Assembly: GCA_024233215.1 (NCBI GenBank)
Contig: JACKPW010000001.1
Location: 91,734 to 155,733, forward strand
Source: Verrucomicrobiales bacterium
GTDB lineage: Bacteria; Verrucomicrobiota; Verrucomicrobiia; Limisphaerales; J093
DNA: 64,000 bases
Direction: 5' to 3'
The notes beneath the pieces were generated by a model. It did not search any database, was not told the origin of the DNA, and saw nothing but the letters and a program-made list of their open reading frames with translations. Made by a program: the position numbers and the translations under genes. Positions 9,957 to 19,134 of the stretch are shown here, in pieces. How positions within the stretch are numbered: position 1 is the stretch's first letter; every line of letters begins with the position of its first letter.

Positions 9957-10044
9957 TGCTCAACGGCATGGATACGGCTGAGGAGTTCCAGCACGTTTTC
10001 AATTTCGTGGTTTTCCTGGCGGCTTCCCGGCTAGGATTCGCGCC

Positions 10045-11127
10045 ATGAAGATCGTACCCGTTTCGCTCGGTGACCGCAGCTATCGGATTCTGATCGGCGA
10101 CAGTCTCCTGCCCCGGTTGGGGCCGGAATGCGCGCGGCTGAAGCTCGGAAGACGCTGTGCCGTGATCACGGACTCGAACGTGGGTCCGCTCTACGCCGAA
10201 AGCGCCCTGAACTCGCTGCGCGGGGCCGGTTTCGATCCGATCCTGATCACCTTGCCCTCCGGTGAGCCGGCGAAACACCTGCGGCACGTGCAGGCGTGCT
10301 ACGATCAACTGGCGGTCCAGCGCCTGGAGCGACGTTCCTTCGTGGTGGCGTTGGGCGGGGGAGTGGTTGGGGATCTGGCCGGGTTCGTGGCGGCGACCTA
10401 TCTGCGGGGCATTGCGTTCGTGCAGGTGCCCACGTCCCTGCTCGCGCAGGTCGACAGCTCGGTGGGCGGCAAGGTGGGGGTGAACCTCAAAGCAGGCAAG
10501 AACCTGGTGGGTGCCTTTCATCAACCGCGGCTCGTGCTCTGCGACCTGGACACCCTGGGCACGTTGCCGGAGCGGGAACTCCGGGCCGGCCTCGCCGAGG
10601 TGATCAAGTACGGGATCATCCACGACGCGCCTTTCTTCCGTCGGTTGGAACGGGACCTGCAGAAACTGCTGGCCCTCGACGCGAAGACACTGGCGGCCGT
10701 GGTGGCCCGGTGTTGCCGGATCAAGGCCGAGGTCGTGGCCCAGGACGAGCGGGAGGGCGGTTTGCGGGCAATCCTGAACTTCGGCCACACGATTGGTCAT
10801 GCCATCGAGGCGATTTCCGGCTACGGCAAGTACCTGCATGGCGAGGCGATCTCGATCGGGCAGGTGGCCGCGGCGGAGTTGTCCGCGGCGTTGAAGGGGT
10901 TGCCGCCGCGGGATGTCAACCGCATCCGGGCGAGTTTCGAGCAAGCCGGGTTGCCGGTCTCCATCCGGTTGAATCCCCCCCAGCGGGAACGCCTGCTGGC
11001 GGCGATGAAACTGGACAAGAAGGTCAGCGGGGGGGAGGTGCGGTTCGTGCTGGCGGAAGCCATCGGCCGGGTGGTCTGGGGCCAACCGGTTCCGGCCGAC
11101 CTGATCGCGCGGGTGCTCGAGGCCTAG
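10045..11127 (+). CDS. aroB: 3-dehydroquinate synthase
   Basis: 360 aa. NAD-binding GGGVVGDLAGF, metal/substrate motifs KVGVNLKAGKN, NFGHTIGHAIE, HGEAISIG; the whole sequence reads as AroB. Confidence 0.9.
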   Translation: MKIVPVSLGDRSYRILIGDSLLPRLGPECARLKLGRRCAVITDSNVGPLYAESALNSLRGAGFDPILITLPSGEPAKHLRHVQACYDQLAVQRLERRSFVVALGGGVVGDLAGFVAATYLRGIAFVQVPTSLLAQVDSSVGGKVGVNLKAGKNLVGAFHQPRLVLCDLDTLGTLPERELRAGLAEVIKYGIIHDAPFFRRLERDLQKLLALDAKTLAAVVARCCRIKAEVVAQDEREGGLRAILNFGHTIGHAIEAISGYGKYLHGEAISIGQVAAAELSAALKGLPPRDVNRIRASFEQAGLPVSIRLNPPQRERLLAAMKLDKKVSGGEVRFVLAEAIGRVVWGQPVPADLIARVLEA

Positions 11128-11131
11128 TGGG

Positions 11132-12481
11132 GTGGGGTTTGTGCACCATTGCCACACGCGGCGGGGTGTCCTTATGCTGCGGGGCGTGAGCAGACACTTC
11201 ACGGCTCCCGCCCACCGGGTTCACTCCCTGGCCAACGGCGTCAATTTGGTTTTCGCGCCGATGCCGCACATGGCCAGCGTGAGCGTGGGTTTTTGGATGG
11301 CGGTGGGGGGGCGGCATGAGAGCGTGGAATTGAACGGCGTGTCGCACTTCATCGAGCACATGCTCTTCAAGGGCACGCGGCGTCGCAGCGCACGGCAGAT
11401 TTCCGAGGCGGTGGAGGGGGTGGGCGGCTACGTGAACGCCTTCACCAGCGAGGAACACACGTGCTACTACGCGCGGGCGCCGCAGAAACAGTTCGAACTG
11501 CTGGTGGACGTGCTGGCGGACATGGTGCGCAACCCGCTGTTCGAGAGCAGCGAAATCGACAAGGAACGGAGCGTGATCAAGGAGGAGATCGCCATGTACC
11601 TCGATCAGCCCCACCACTATGTGCAGGAGGTGCTGAACGCAGCCTTATGGCCGGAGCATCCGTTGGGGCGCTCGTTGACGGGGACGCCGGAGGGACTGGA
11701 CCGCCTTGGCCGCACGGAGTTGAAAGGCTTTCATCGGACGCACTACACCGGCGCGAACCTGACCATTTCCGTGGCGGGGAACCTCAGCGAACGCCGCCTC
11801 CTTGCCGCGTTGCGCCCGGTGGCCGCGGGCATGCCTCAGGGAACGGCCCGGCCGTATGAAGCCGCCCCGCCGGTTCCCAGGCGTCCGGGCGTCCGGTTGA
11901 TCACGCGCGACACCGAGCAGACGCAGGCGGCGCTGGGGGTGAGGACCTGCGCCCGGCATGACCCGCGGCGGTATGCGCTCCGACTGCTGAACGCGGTGCT
12001 GGGGGAGAACATGAGTTCGCGCCTCTTCGTTTCACTGCGCGAGGATCGCGGACTGGCGTATTCGGTTGGCAGCTCCATCAGCTTTTTTGAGGACGCGGGC
12101 GACCTGGTGGTGTCGCTGGGGTTGGAGACGAGGAACCTCCCCGAGGCGCTGAGGTTGATCACCGCGGAGATGCGGCGCCTGACCGAGAGAGCTCCGGGCC
12201 GGGTGGAATTCCAGCGGGCGCTCGACTATTCGCTGGGTCAGATTGACCTCGGCCTGGAGAGCACGGAAAGCCGGATGAACTGGCTGGGTGAGCAATACCT
12301 GGGTCATGGCCGTCTGGTGGCGCCGGCGGTGTTGAAGCGCCGGATGGCGGAGGTGCGCCCCGCGGATGTCCGGCAGGTGGCGCGGGAGTTCTTCCGCGCC
12401 GGACGGGCCAGCCTGGCGCTCGTGAGCCCGTTGAAGCGGGCAGGCCAGCTTCGTCCGTTGCTCGGCGGTTTGCCGGCGTAG
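11132..12481 (+). CDS. M16-family zinc peptidase (insulinase/pitrilysin-like)
   Basis: Inverted zinc motif HFIEHMLFKGT (HxxEH) with downstream E residues. ~440 aa. Start may be the internal ATG (MLRGVSRHF) at 11174. Confidence 0.8.
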   Translation: MGFVHHCHTRRGVLMLRGVSRHFTAPAHRVHSLANGVNLVFAPMPHMASVSVGFWMAVGGRHESVELNGVSHFIEHMLFKGTRRRSARQISEAVEGVGGYVNAFTSEEHTCYYARAPQKQFELLVDVLADMVRNPLFESSEIDKERSVIKEEIAMYLDQPHHYVQEVLNAALWPEHPLGRSLTGTPEGLDRLGRTELKGFHRTHYTGANLTISVAGNLSERRLLAALRPVAAGMPQGTARPYEAAPPVPRRPGVRLITRDTEQTQAALGVRTCARHDPRRYALRLLNAVLGENMSSRLFVSLREDRGLAYSVGSSISFFEDAGDLVVSLGLETRNLPEALRLITAEMRRLTERAPGRVEFQRALDYSLGQIDLGLESTESRMNWLGEQYLGHGRLVAPAVLKRRMAEVRPADVRQVAREFFRAGRASLALVSPLKRAGQLRPLLGGLPA

Positions 12482-12625
12482 TCGGGCCGGGGCGGCTGCC
12501 CGACACAGCCCGTTTGGAATCCCGATCTCAGACGGCATGCCGTCCCGACCGCCTGATGGCGATGGCGCGACTCCGGAACCGGGGCCGGTCCGATCCGCCT
12601 TCCTGGACGGGCTCAGAATGAAGCA

Positions 12626-12652
12626 GGGCGGCCCGAAGGCCGCCCGGTTTCG
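12626..12652. terminator. GC-rich stem-loop (GGGCGGCC-CGAA-GGCCGCCC) between convergent genes; possible bidirectional intrinsic terminator
   Basis: Perfect 8-bp GC stem with a 4-nt loop, followed by GGTTTCGTGG on + and by a moderately T-rich tract on the minus strand. Lies between the peptidase (+, stop 12481) and the DUF481 gene (-, stop 12741). Confidence 0.3.
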
Positions 12653-12740
12653 TGGAGTGTTCCAAGGAACCACCCCGTGGCACGCCGTCCGTCCGTGGGT
12701 CCCGCCGACCTGCGTCGGGACCCCGGGGTCGGCGGGCGGG

Positions 12741-13520
12741 TTAGAACTTGTAGGCGATGCCCGTGATGAGCTGGAAGTCGTTCTTGTTGCGTCCGGCTGC
12801 CGGCATGTTGCGGTAGGTGTCGATGCCCACCACGCGCAGGGAGAGGTTCTTCATGATGTCGGTCTCGAACCCAATCTCCGCCCGCAACAGGTAGTTCTCG
12901 AAGTCCTCCACCTCCGGATCGTAGCTCAGGGACTGCCAGAGCCGGGCACGGTCATTGATCTCCCAGGTGAACTTCTCACCGACATGCAGGCTGAAGTAGT
13001 CGTCACTCACGCCGCCAACCTCTTCCCAGATGTACCCGGGACCGAGTTCGCCGCTCAGGGTGAACTTGTCGTTCTTGATGAAGTAATAGCCGGCGCCCGG
13101 GCTGAGTCCGATGCGGTAGTTGACGTCGGCGAGTTTGTCCCGGGAGAAATCGACCCGGCCGTAAACGAAGAGCCGCTCGCTCACCAGGCGGTTGTACTGG
13201 CCGTAGGCGGCCATGTTGTTGGCGGTCTCCTTGTTGTCGGTCTCCCCGTAGGTGACGCTGAACCCGGCCCCGGCCTCGTTCTTGCCCCACTTCTTGATGG
13301 TGTCGATGGTGCCGTTGACGGTCAGGGTGTCGCTGTTACCGCGGGTCAGGGTGGCACCGATGGCGGCGCTGGTCTTCCAACTGGACGCCGGCTTCGGGGC
13401 TTCCGCTCCCTCGGGGGCGGCCGCGTCCTCGGCGGCGTTCACGGCGACGCACGCGGTGGCGAGCATCGCCAGGTCGCGGGTCATTCGAGCGCGTCCGGCA
13501 GGTCTGCGTTTGAGGTTCAT
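12741..13520 (-). CDS. DUF481 (YdiY-like) outer-membrane beta-barrel protein
   Basis: Signal peptide (MTRDLAMLATACVAVNA). TLTRGNSDTLTVNGTIDTIKKWGKNEAGAGFSVTYGETDN pattern typical of DUF481. Alternating beta-strand periodicity. Terminal aromatic (…GIAYKF). Confidence 0.7.
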   Translation of the reverse strand: MNLKRRPAGRARMTRDLAMLATACVAVNAAEDAAAPEGAEAPKPASSWKTSAAIGATLTRGNSDTLTVNGTIDTIKKWGKNEAGAGFSVTYGETDNKETANNMAAYGQYNRLVSERLFVYGRVDFSRDKLADVNYRIGLSPGAGYYFIKNDKFTLSGELGPGYIWEEVGGVSDDYFSLHVGEKFTWEINDRARLWQSLSYDPEVEDFENYLLRAEIGFETDIMKNLSLRVVGIDTYRNMPAAGRNKNDFQLITGIAYKF

Positions 13521-13670
13521 GATGTCTGCTTGTCTCTCGTGTCGAGTCGTTGTCAGTGATTGTCATCGGCCGGCCGCGATACCCGGGGCACCACGCCGGT
13601 CAGAGTTGGGGGAGAGTAGGTGCATTCCTGGGGGGCGAGTCAAGCGGACCCAGGAGTTTTCGTCATCGGC

Positions 13671-14618
13671 TCATCGGCGGAACTGTCCCGGGGCAACCCC
13701 ATGAACCCGCTTGAACACACGGGAGAAGTGGTAGGGATCCTGGAAGCCCACGGCGGCGGCGGTCCACTTCACGGAATGGTCTCCCTGCAGCAGCAACTCC
13801 GCCGCGTGGTCCATCTTGAGTCGGGTGAGGTACTGCAGTGGGGTCTCGTCGGTGAAACGGCGGAACAGGCGGGACAGGTATGCCGGCGCCAGGTGGCAGC
13901 GATGGGCCACTTCATCCACCGTCCGGAGGTCCAGGTAGTGCTCCTGAACATGCTGGCGGGCTCGCAGGAAGGTCCGATGGGCTTCGGAATGTCGTTCCCC
14001 CGTGGAATGAAGATCCTCGCGAAGCCGGGCGAGCAGCAGTTCGGTCAGCTTGGTGCCGATGCGACGCGACGCGGTCCGGGAGAGGTTCGCGCAGTCGAGC
14101 AGTTGATCAAAGATGTCGTGAATCCACCGGCTGTGGAGAATCCGGCGGGGACCGTCCTGCAGCAGTCGGGAGGCTTTCAGCAGGGCACCGGCCTCCCTGC
14201 CGGCAAAGTCGACGAAGAACTTCCCGGGTTGTCGGCCCGCCGTCGACCGGAGCCGGTAGCGGGTCTGCGGGCCGTAGGCAAAGACGGTTCCCGGCCCGAC
14301 CGGGAGGGAGCGCCCGACGATCTCAAGGTGCCACTGCCCGCTCACGATGTATTCCACCGCGTGGTAGCGAAACCCGTGGCGGGCGATGTGGTAATCCGGG
14401 GCACACTCCTCCCACCCGGCACACACCAGGGAAAGCGGCACCGCCGCCGGTGGCTGAAGATCGACAAACGCATAACGTCCCCGACGGACCTGCGTCGAGA
14501 TGAAGGCGGGGGTGGGCGCGGCGGGGATCGTTCCCATGAGGTCAAGAATGTCCATCCGATGGTCAAAAGGCGACATTTCAATCCACCTCCGGCTTCTGGT
14601 ACTCTGTGAAGCAAGCAA
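13671..14618 (-). CDS. AraC/XylS-family transcriptional regulator (cupin sensor + HTH)
   Basis: C-terminal AraC HTH signature (…AHRCHLAPAYLSRLFRRFTDETPLQYLTRLKMDHAAELL…GFQDPYHFSRVFKRVHGVAPGQFR). N-terminal cupin-like half. Start may be the internal M at 14576. Confidence 0.85.
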   Translation of the reverse strand: MLASQSTRSRRWIEMSPFDHRMDILDLMGTIPAAPTPAFISTQVRRGRYAFVDLQPPAAVPLSLVCAGWEECAPDYHIARHGFRYHAVEYIVSGQWHLEIVGRSLPVGPGTVFAYGPQTRYRLRSTAGRQPGKFFVDFAGREAGALLKASRLLQDGPRRILHSRWIHDIFDQLLDCANLSRTASRRIGTKLTELLLARLREDLHSTGERHSEAHRTFLRARQHVQEHYLDLRTVDEVAHRCHLAPAYLSRLFRRFTDETPLQYLTRLKMDHAAELLLQGDHSVKWTAAAVGFQDPYHFSRVFKRVHGVAPGQFRR

Positions 14619-14656
14619 TGACGATTTCCAGCATTCCTGTTCCGGGCGCGGCCGCG

Positions 14657-15670
14657 ATGAGCGACGGACTCGATCCCGCCGATGTGCCCCATCGCGTCCT
14701 GGCTTCGGGAGCCCGCATGCCCGCCATTGGCCTCGGCACCTTCGGTTCGGACCATGTGACCCCCAAGGCCGTGGCGGCGGCGGTGAAAGGGGCGGCCGCC
14801 GTCGGTTACCGGCACTTCGATTGCGCGTCGGTCTACGGTAACGAACGGGAGGTCGGCGGTGCCTTGCGCGAGATCGTCGCCGGCGGCATCCCGCGCGAGC
14901 AGCTGTGGATCACGTCCAAACTCTGGAACGACAAACACGGTGAGGCGGACGTCATTCCCCAATGCCGGCAGTCCCTCGCGGATCTTGGGCTCGATTACCT
15001 GGACACGTATCTGGTTCATTGGCCGTTCCCGAACTTCCATCCGCCCGGTTGCACGGTGGAGTCTCGCAGTGCCGATGCGCAGCCCTACATCCACGAGAAC
15101 TACCTTCGGACGTGGCGGCAGATGGAGAAACTTGTTGAGTTGGGGTTGGTGAAGCACATCGGCACCTCGAACATGACGATTCCCAAGCTGCGTCTGCTGT
15201 TGCGCGACGCCGTGGTTCGACCTGCGGTGAACGAGATGGAACTGCACCCGCACTTCCAGCAACCGGGGTTGTTCCAGTTCGTGCGGGATGAGGGCATCGA
15301 ACCGATCGGCTTTTGCCCCCTCGGATCGCCCAACCGGCCGGAGCGGGATCGCACCCCCGAGGACACGAATCCGCTGGAGGACCCGGTGATCGTTGCCATG
15401 GCCCGGGCGCACCGGGTTCATCCCGCGAGCATTTGCATCAAGTGGGGGGCGCAGCGCGGCCAGACGCCGATCCCGTTCTCGACCAATCCCGCCAACTACC
15501 TGGCCAATCTCAAGGCAGTGTCAGGAGACCCCTTGAGCGACGGGGAAATGCAGGCCATCGCCGGCATCGATCGCAACTGCCGGCTCATCAAGGGCCAGGT
15601 CTTTCTCTGGAAGGAAGGCCAGTCCTGGGAGGATCTGTGGGATACGGATGGTGTGATCACGCCGCCCTGA
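14657..15670 (+). CDS. aldo-keto reductase (candidate L-fucose/D-threo-aldose 1-dehydrogenase)
   Basis: ORF 14606..15670. Start taken at the third ATG (MSDGLD…) to leave a divergent promoter gap to the AraC gene. AKR hallmarks: IGLGTFG, DCASVYGNE, catalytic tetrad context WITSKLW, LVHWP. Confidence 0.8.
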   Translation: MSDGLDPADVPHRVLASGARMPAIGLGTFGSDHVTPKAVAAAVKGAAAVGYRHFDCASVYGNEREVGGALREIVAGGIPREQLWITSKLWNDKHGEADVIPQCRQSLADLGLDYLDTYLVHWPFPNFHPPGCTVESRSADAQPYIHENYLRTWRQMEKLVELGLVKHIGTSNMTIPKLRLLLRDAVVRPAVNEMELHPHFQQPGLFQFVRDEGIEPIGFCPLGSPNRPERDRTPEDTNPLEDPVIVAMARAHRVHPASICIKWGAQRGQTPIPFSTNPANYLANLKAVSGDPLSDGEMQAIAGIDRNCRLIKGQVFLWKEGQSWEDLWDTDGVITPP

Positions 15671-15716
15671 GCCGGTTCCGTTCTCCCCCTTTTCAACTGA
15701 ACCCACCGTCAATGCC

Positions 15717-16781
15717 ATGAGCCCCATGAAAGCCGCCTACCTGCCCGGCGACAGCACCACCGTCCTGAAGGAAGCCTCCGTTCCCGAACCGGGTTACGGA
15801 GAGGTGTTGCTCCGGATGAAAGCCTCGACGATCTGCGGGTCCGACATCCGTTGCATCTATCACGAGCACCTCGGGAAGGGACCCGAGGGATATCAGGGGG
15901 TCATCGCCGGTCATGAACCCGCCGGCCAGATCGTCAGGACCGGTCCCGGCTGCCGGCGGTTTCAGGAGGGGGACCGCGTCATCGTCTACCACATCTCGGG
16001 TTGCGGCGTGTGCAATGACTGTCGCCGCGGCTACATGATCTCCTGCACCAACCCGAAGTACCGTCGGGCCTACGGCTGGCAACGCGACGGTGGCATGGCG
16101 GATTACCTGCTGGCCGAGGAAAAGGACCTGGTCCTGCTGCCGGATGAATTGACCTTTGCCGACGGTGCCCAGGTGGCGTGCGGGTTTGGCACGGTGTACG
16201 AGGGACTTGAGAAGGTCGGCGTGAGCGGCAATGACGCGGTCCTGATCACCGGGCTCGGTCCCGTGGGATTGGCGACCGGGATGCTCTGCCGCGCGATGGG
16301 AGCCCGCCGGATCATCGGGATCGATGTGGTATCCGAACGAATGGAACTGGCCAAACGGTTGGGCCTCTGCGACGCAGTGCTGGCTTCAGGAACGGACAAT
16401 GTGTCGCAAGTCCTTGATCTGACCGGGGGCCACGGAGTCGAGCGCGCCGTGGATTGCTCGGCCCATCCCGTTGCCCGCGCCACGGCCATTCGTGCCACTC
16501 GCAAGTGGGGTCGCATCGTGCTGCTGGGCGAGGGGAACAGCGTGGAGTTCAATCCGTCGCCCGACATGATCCACGATCAGAAGACGCTTTACGGTTCCTG
16601 GGTGACCTCGATCTGGAAGATGGAGGAACTCGTGGAGCGCCTGGTGCGATGGAACCTGCACCCGGCCGACCTGATCACTCACCGTTTCGCCTTGGACCAC
16701 GTGGCCGATGCCTACTCGCTGATGGCCTCCGGCAAATGCGGCAAGGTCGCGGTCTGCTTTGACGAAGAACTGAAAGTGTAG
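15717..16781 (+). CDS. Zn-dependent medium-chain alcohol/polyol dehydrogenase
   Basis: GHEPAGQIV (catalytic Zn). Structural Zn cysteines GCGVCNDCRRG…C. Rossmann GLGPVGLA. Confidence 0.85.
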   Translation: MSPMKAAYLPGDSTTVLKEASVPEPGYGEVLLRMKASTICGSDIRCIYHEHLGKGPEGYQGVIAGHEPAGQIVRTGPGCRRFQEGDRVIVYHISGCGVCNDCRRGYMISCTNPKYRRAYGWQRDGGMADYLLAEEKDLVLLPDELTFADGAQVACGFGTVYEGLEKVGVSGNDAVLITGLGPVGLATGMLCRAMGARRIIGIDVVSERMELAKRLGLCDAVLASGTDNVSQVLDLTGGHGVERAVDCSAHPVARATAIRATRKWGRIVLLGEGNSVEFNPSPDMIHDQKTLYGSWVTSIWKMEELVERLVRWNLHPADLITHRFALDHVADAYSLMASGKCGKVAVCFDEELKV

Positions 16782-16794
16782 CTCCGAACAACTC

Positions 16795-16948
16795 ACCACG
16801 AATGAACACGAATTCACACGAATCTACCACGGACGCCGAGCGTCTTCGGGAGGTGGCTCAGCCCTTGCGAAGGGCAACGTGGCTACGACTCGAGAGCACC
16901 ACCGCGCAGGCCCTTGGGGATTCGTGTGAATTCGTGTTCATTCGTGGT
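16795..16948. repeat. intergenic palindromic element, copy B (perfect 30-bp inverted arms)
   Basis: Left ACCACGAATGAACACGAATTCACACGAATC (16795-16824). Right GATTCGTGTGAATTCGTGTTCATTCGTGGT (16919-16948) is its exact reverse complement. ~94-nt loop. A further CCACGAA follows immediately 5' of the next start codon. Confidence 0.8.
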
Positions 16949-16966
16949 TAACCCTCCTTCCACGAA

Positions 16967-17407
16967 ATGCTCAAAGGAATCGCACCCTGCATCAGCCCCG
17001 AACTCTTGAAAGTGCTCGCCGAGATGGGCCACGTCGACGAACTGATCCTGGCTGACGCACACTTTCCCGGCCACACCATGAACCCCCGCGTCCTGCGGGC
17101 CGACGGCCTCGGCATCGCGACACTGCTCGACGGGATCCTCCCGTTGTTCGAGTTGGACAGTTACGCCGACCCGCTGGTGATGATGGCGGCGGTTGAGGGC
17201 GACCAACTGGACCCTGCGGTGGAGGCGAGGTACCTGGCCGCCGTCCAACGGCATGTGCCGCAAGCCGGACCGCCCGTGCGCATCGATCGCTTCGCCTTCT
17301 ATGACCGTGCCCGGCAGGCGTTCGCCGTGGTGATGACCGGCGAGACCGCGAAGTACGGCAACATCCTCCTCAAGAAGGGGGTCACGCCGGTGGTGTCCCA
17401 ACACTGA
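16967..17407 (+). CDS. RbsD/FucU-family sugar mutarotase (L-fucose mutarotase/D-ribose pyranase)
   Basis: 146 aa. Family-typical MLKGI…[25 protein letters not shown]…, small cytoplasmic protein. Confidence 0.8.
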   Translation: MLKGIAPCISPELLKVLAEMGHVDELILADAHFPGHTMNPRVLRADGLGIATLLDGILPLFELDSYADPLVMMAAVEGDQLDPAVEARYLAAVQRHVPQAGPPVRIDRFAFYDRARQAFAVVMTGETAKYGNILLKKGVTPVVSQH

Positions 17408-17417
17408 AGGGCGAACC

Positions 17418-19133
17418 GTGAAACCCCTGCAATTGACTGTCTGGACGTCCTTTCTGGCTGCTTGGGGCCTGATTTCCGTTTCAGGCATGGCCCAGGATAC
17501 CCAGCGGGAGAGGCCGGAGGCATGGAGGGCGCTGGTCTACGGCGGTCGGTTCATGGACCGCTTCCTGCCGAGCCCCGTGAGGAACCCGCTCACGTCCGGT
17601 ACCTGGGGGGTGGATGCGGTCAAGCCGCGCGATGTGCTGATCGGGATCGAGGAACCGGACTGGTCGTATTGGGGGGGCAACATCAAGCAGGTCGGCGATG
17701 CCTATCACCTCTTTGTGTGTCGCTGGCCGGAGGGGCACCCCAAAGGCCACATGGCGTGGCCGGAATCCGAAGTCGTTCACGCTGTTGCGCCCCATTCATG
17801 GGGTCCGTTCAAGGCGGTCCAGGTGATCGGCCCGGGGCACAATCCGGAAATCTATCGGGCCAGGGACGGCAGTTACGTCCTGTACGTGATCGGTGGCTAC
17901 TACCACGCGCCGGCAATTGCCGGCCCTTGGACGAGAAAGACATTCAGCTTCAACCCCCGCGGTCGTCGGATCATCGAGGGTCTCAGCAACCTCAGTTTCG
18001 CCCCCCGGGAAGACGGCTCGGTGCTCATGGTCTGCCGGGGCGGCGGCATCTGGGTCAGCGAGGACGGTCTCGGCCCCTGGCAACAGGTGTCGAACCGGCG
18101 CGTCTATCCCGACGTGGAAGGCGCCTTCGAGGATCCCGTCATCTGGCGGACCGGGGTCCAATACCACATGATCGTCAATGACTGGCGCGGCCGCATCGCC
18201 TGGTACCTTCGTTCCAAGGACGGTTTCGAATGGAAGGTCGACCCCGGGGAGGCCTACATGCCCGGCATCGACCGTTACGAGGACGGCACGAACGTGGACT
18301 GGTACAAGTATGAGCGGCTCAAGCTCCTCCAGGATGACCACGGGCGCCCCTACCAGGCCAATTTCGCTGTCATCGACTACTCGAAATGGGAGGACAAGCC
18401 GAACGACATTCACTCGTCGAAGAACATCACCATTCCGCTGACGGTTGAACGCCTCATTGCCGTGCTCGACGCGGACCCCATTCGTCAGGACACCCGGGCC
18501 ATCCGGCTCAAGGTCATGGCGGAGGCGGGGTTTGATCCGGGGAAGGACATGGACCTGGGCTCGCTCCGTTTCGGAACCCCCGACGAGGTGAACTTCGGAC
18601 GCGGCTGCCGGGTCACCGGATCGAGGGCCGACGGGGACGACCTCATCCTTACCTTCGACGGCCGGGGCAACGGCTTCACGGCGGACCACTTTGCGGGCAA
18701 GTTGCTCGGCCGGACTCCCACCGGGAAGCTGCTTTTCGGTTACTCCCGATTGCCCGGTGTGACCTACGGAGATGCCTTCTTGTCGGCGGACCTGCCGCGC
18801 GTGCACCTCGAAAACGGCCGGCTCCAAGTCCGCCTGGACATCAAGAACGTCGGTCTGACCGCTTCCCGGGCCGGAGAACTGATTGTCCGGTTCCAAGCCG
18901 GGAACGTGGATCACGCTTTCAGTCTTCCGGCTCCTTCACTGACGCCGCTTCAGGAGACGACCTTGACGGGTTTCCCGCCGTTCGAGCTGGATCCGGAACT
19001 GGCGTACCAAGTCAAGGTGACCGCTTCGTGGCAGAAGATTCCCCTGTTCGAGACCGAACCCCACAAGAAAGCGCCATTGCTCAAGGTGGAAGCGGCTTCC
19101 CCTGGACCCGATGGCGCCCCGCAGAACCCATGA
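17418..19133 (+). CDS. secreted beta-propeller glycoside-hydrolase-like protein (GH43/GH117-like fold) with C-terminal beta-sandwich domain
   Basis: Signal peptide (MKPLQLTVWTSFLAAWGLISVSGMA). Repeated blade-like segments (YHLFVCRWPE, SYVLYVIGGYYH, GIWVSEDG, YHMIVND). Family assignment is uncertain. Confidence 0.5.
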   Translation: MKPLQLTVWTSFLAAWGLISVSGMAQDTQRERPEAWRALVYGGRFMDRFLPSPVRNPLTSGTWGVDAVKPRDVLIGIEEPDWSYWGGNIKQVGDAYHLFVCRWPEGHPKGHMAWPESEVVHAVAPHSWGPFKAVQVIGPGHNPEIYRARDGSYVLYVIGGYYHAPAIAGPWTRKTFSFNPRGRRIIEGLSNLSFAPREDGSVLMVCRGGGIWVSEDGLGPWQQVSNRRVYPDVEGAFEDPVIWRTGVQYHMIVNDWRGRIAWYLRSKDGFEWKVDPGEAYMPGIDRYEDGTNVDWYKYERLKLLQDDHGRPYQANFAVIDYSKWEDKPNDIHSSKNITIPLTVERLIAVLDADPIRQDTRAIRLKVMAEAGFDPGKDMDLGSLRFGTPDEVNFGRGCRVTGSRADGDDLILTFDGRGNGFTADHFAGKLLGRTPTGKLLFGYSRLPGVTYGDAFLSADLPRVHLENGRLQVRLDIKNVGLTASRAGELIVRFQAGNVDHAFSLPAPSLTPLQETTLTGFPPFELDPELAYQVKVTASWQKIPLFETEPHKKAPLLKVEAASPGPDGAPQNP

Positions 19134-19134
19134 G

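Noticed and set aside
12537-14609. + strand ORFs 12537..13559 (340 aa) and 13620..14609 (329 aa)
   Set aside because: Antisense of the DUF481 barrel and the AraC regulator. The real genes on the minus strand have clear family signatures.
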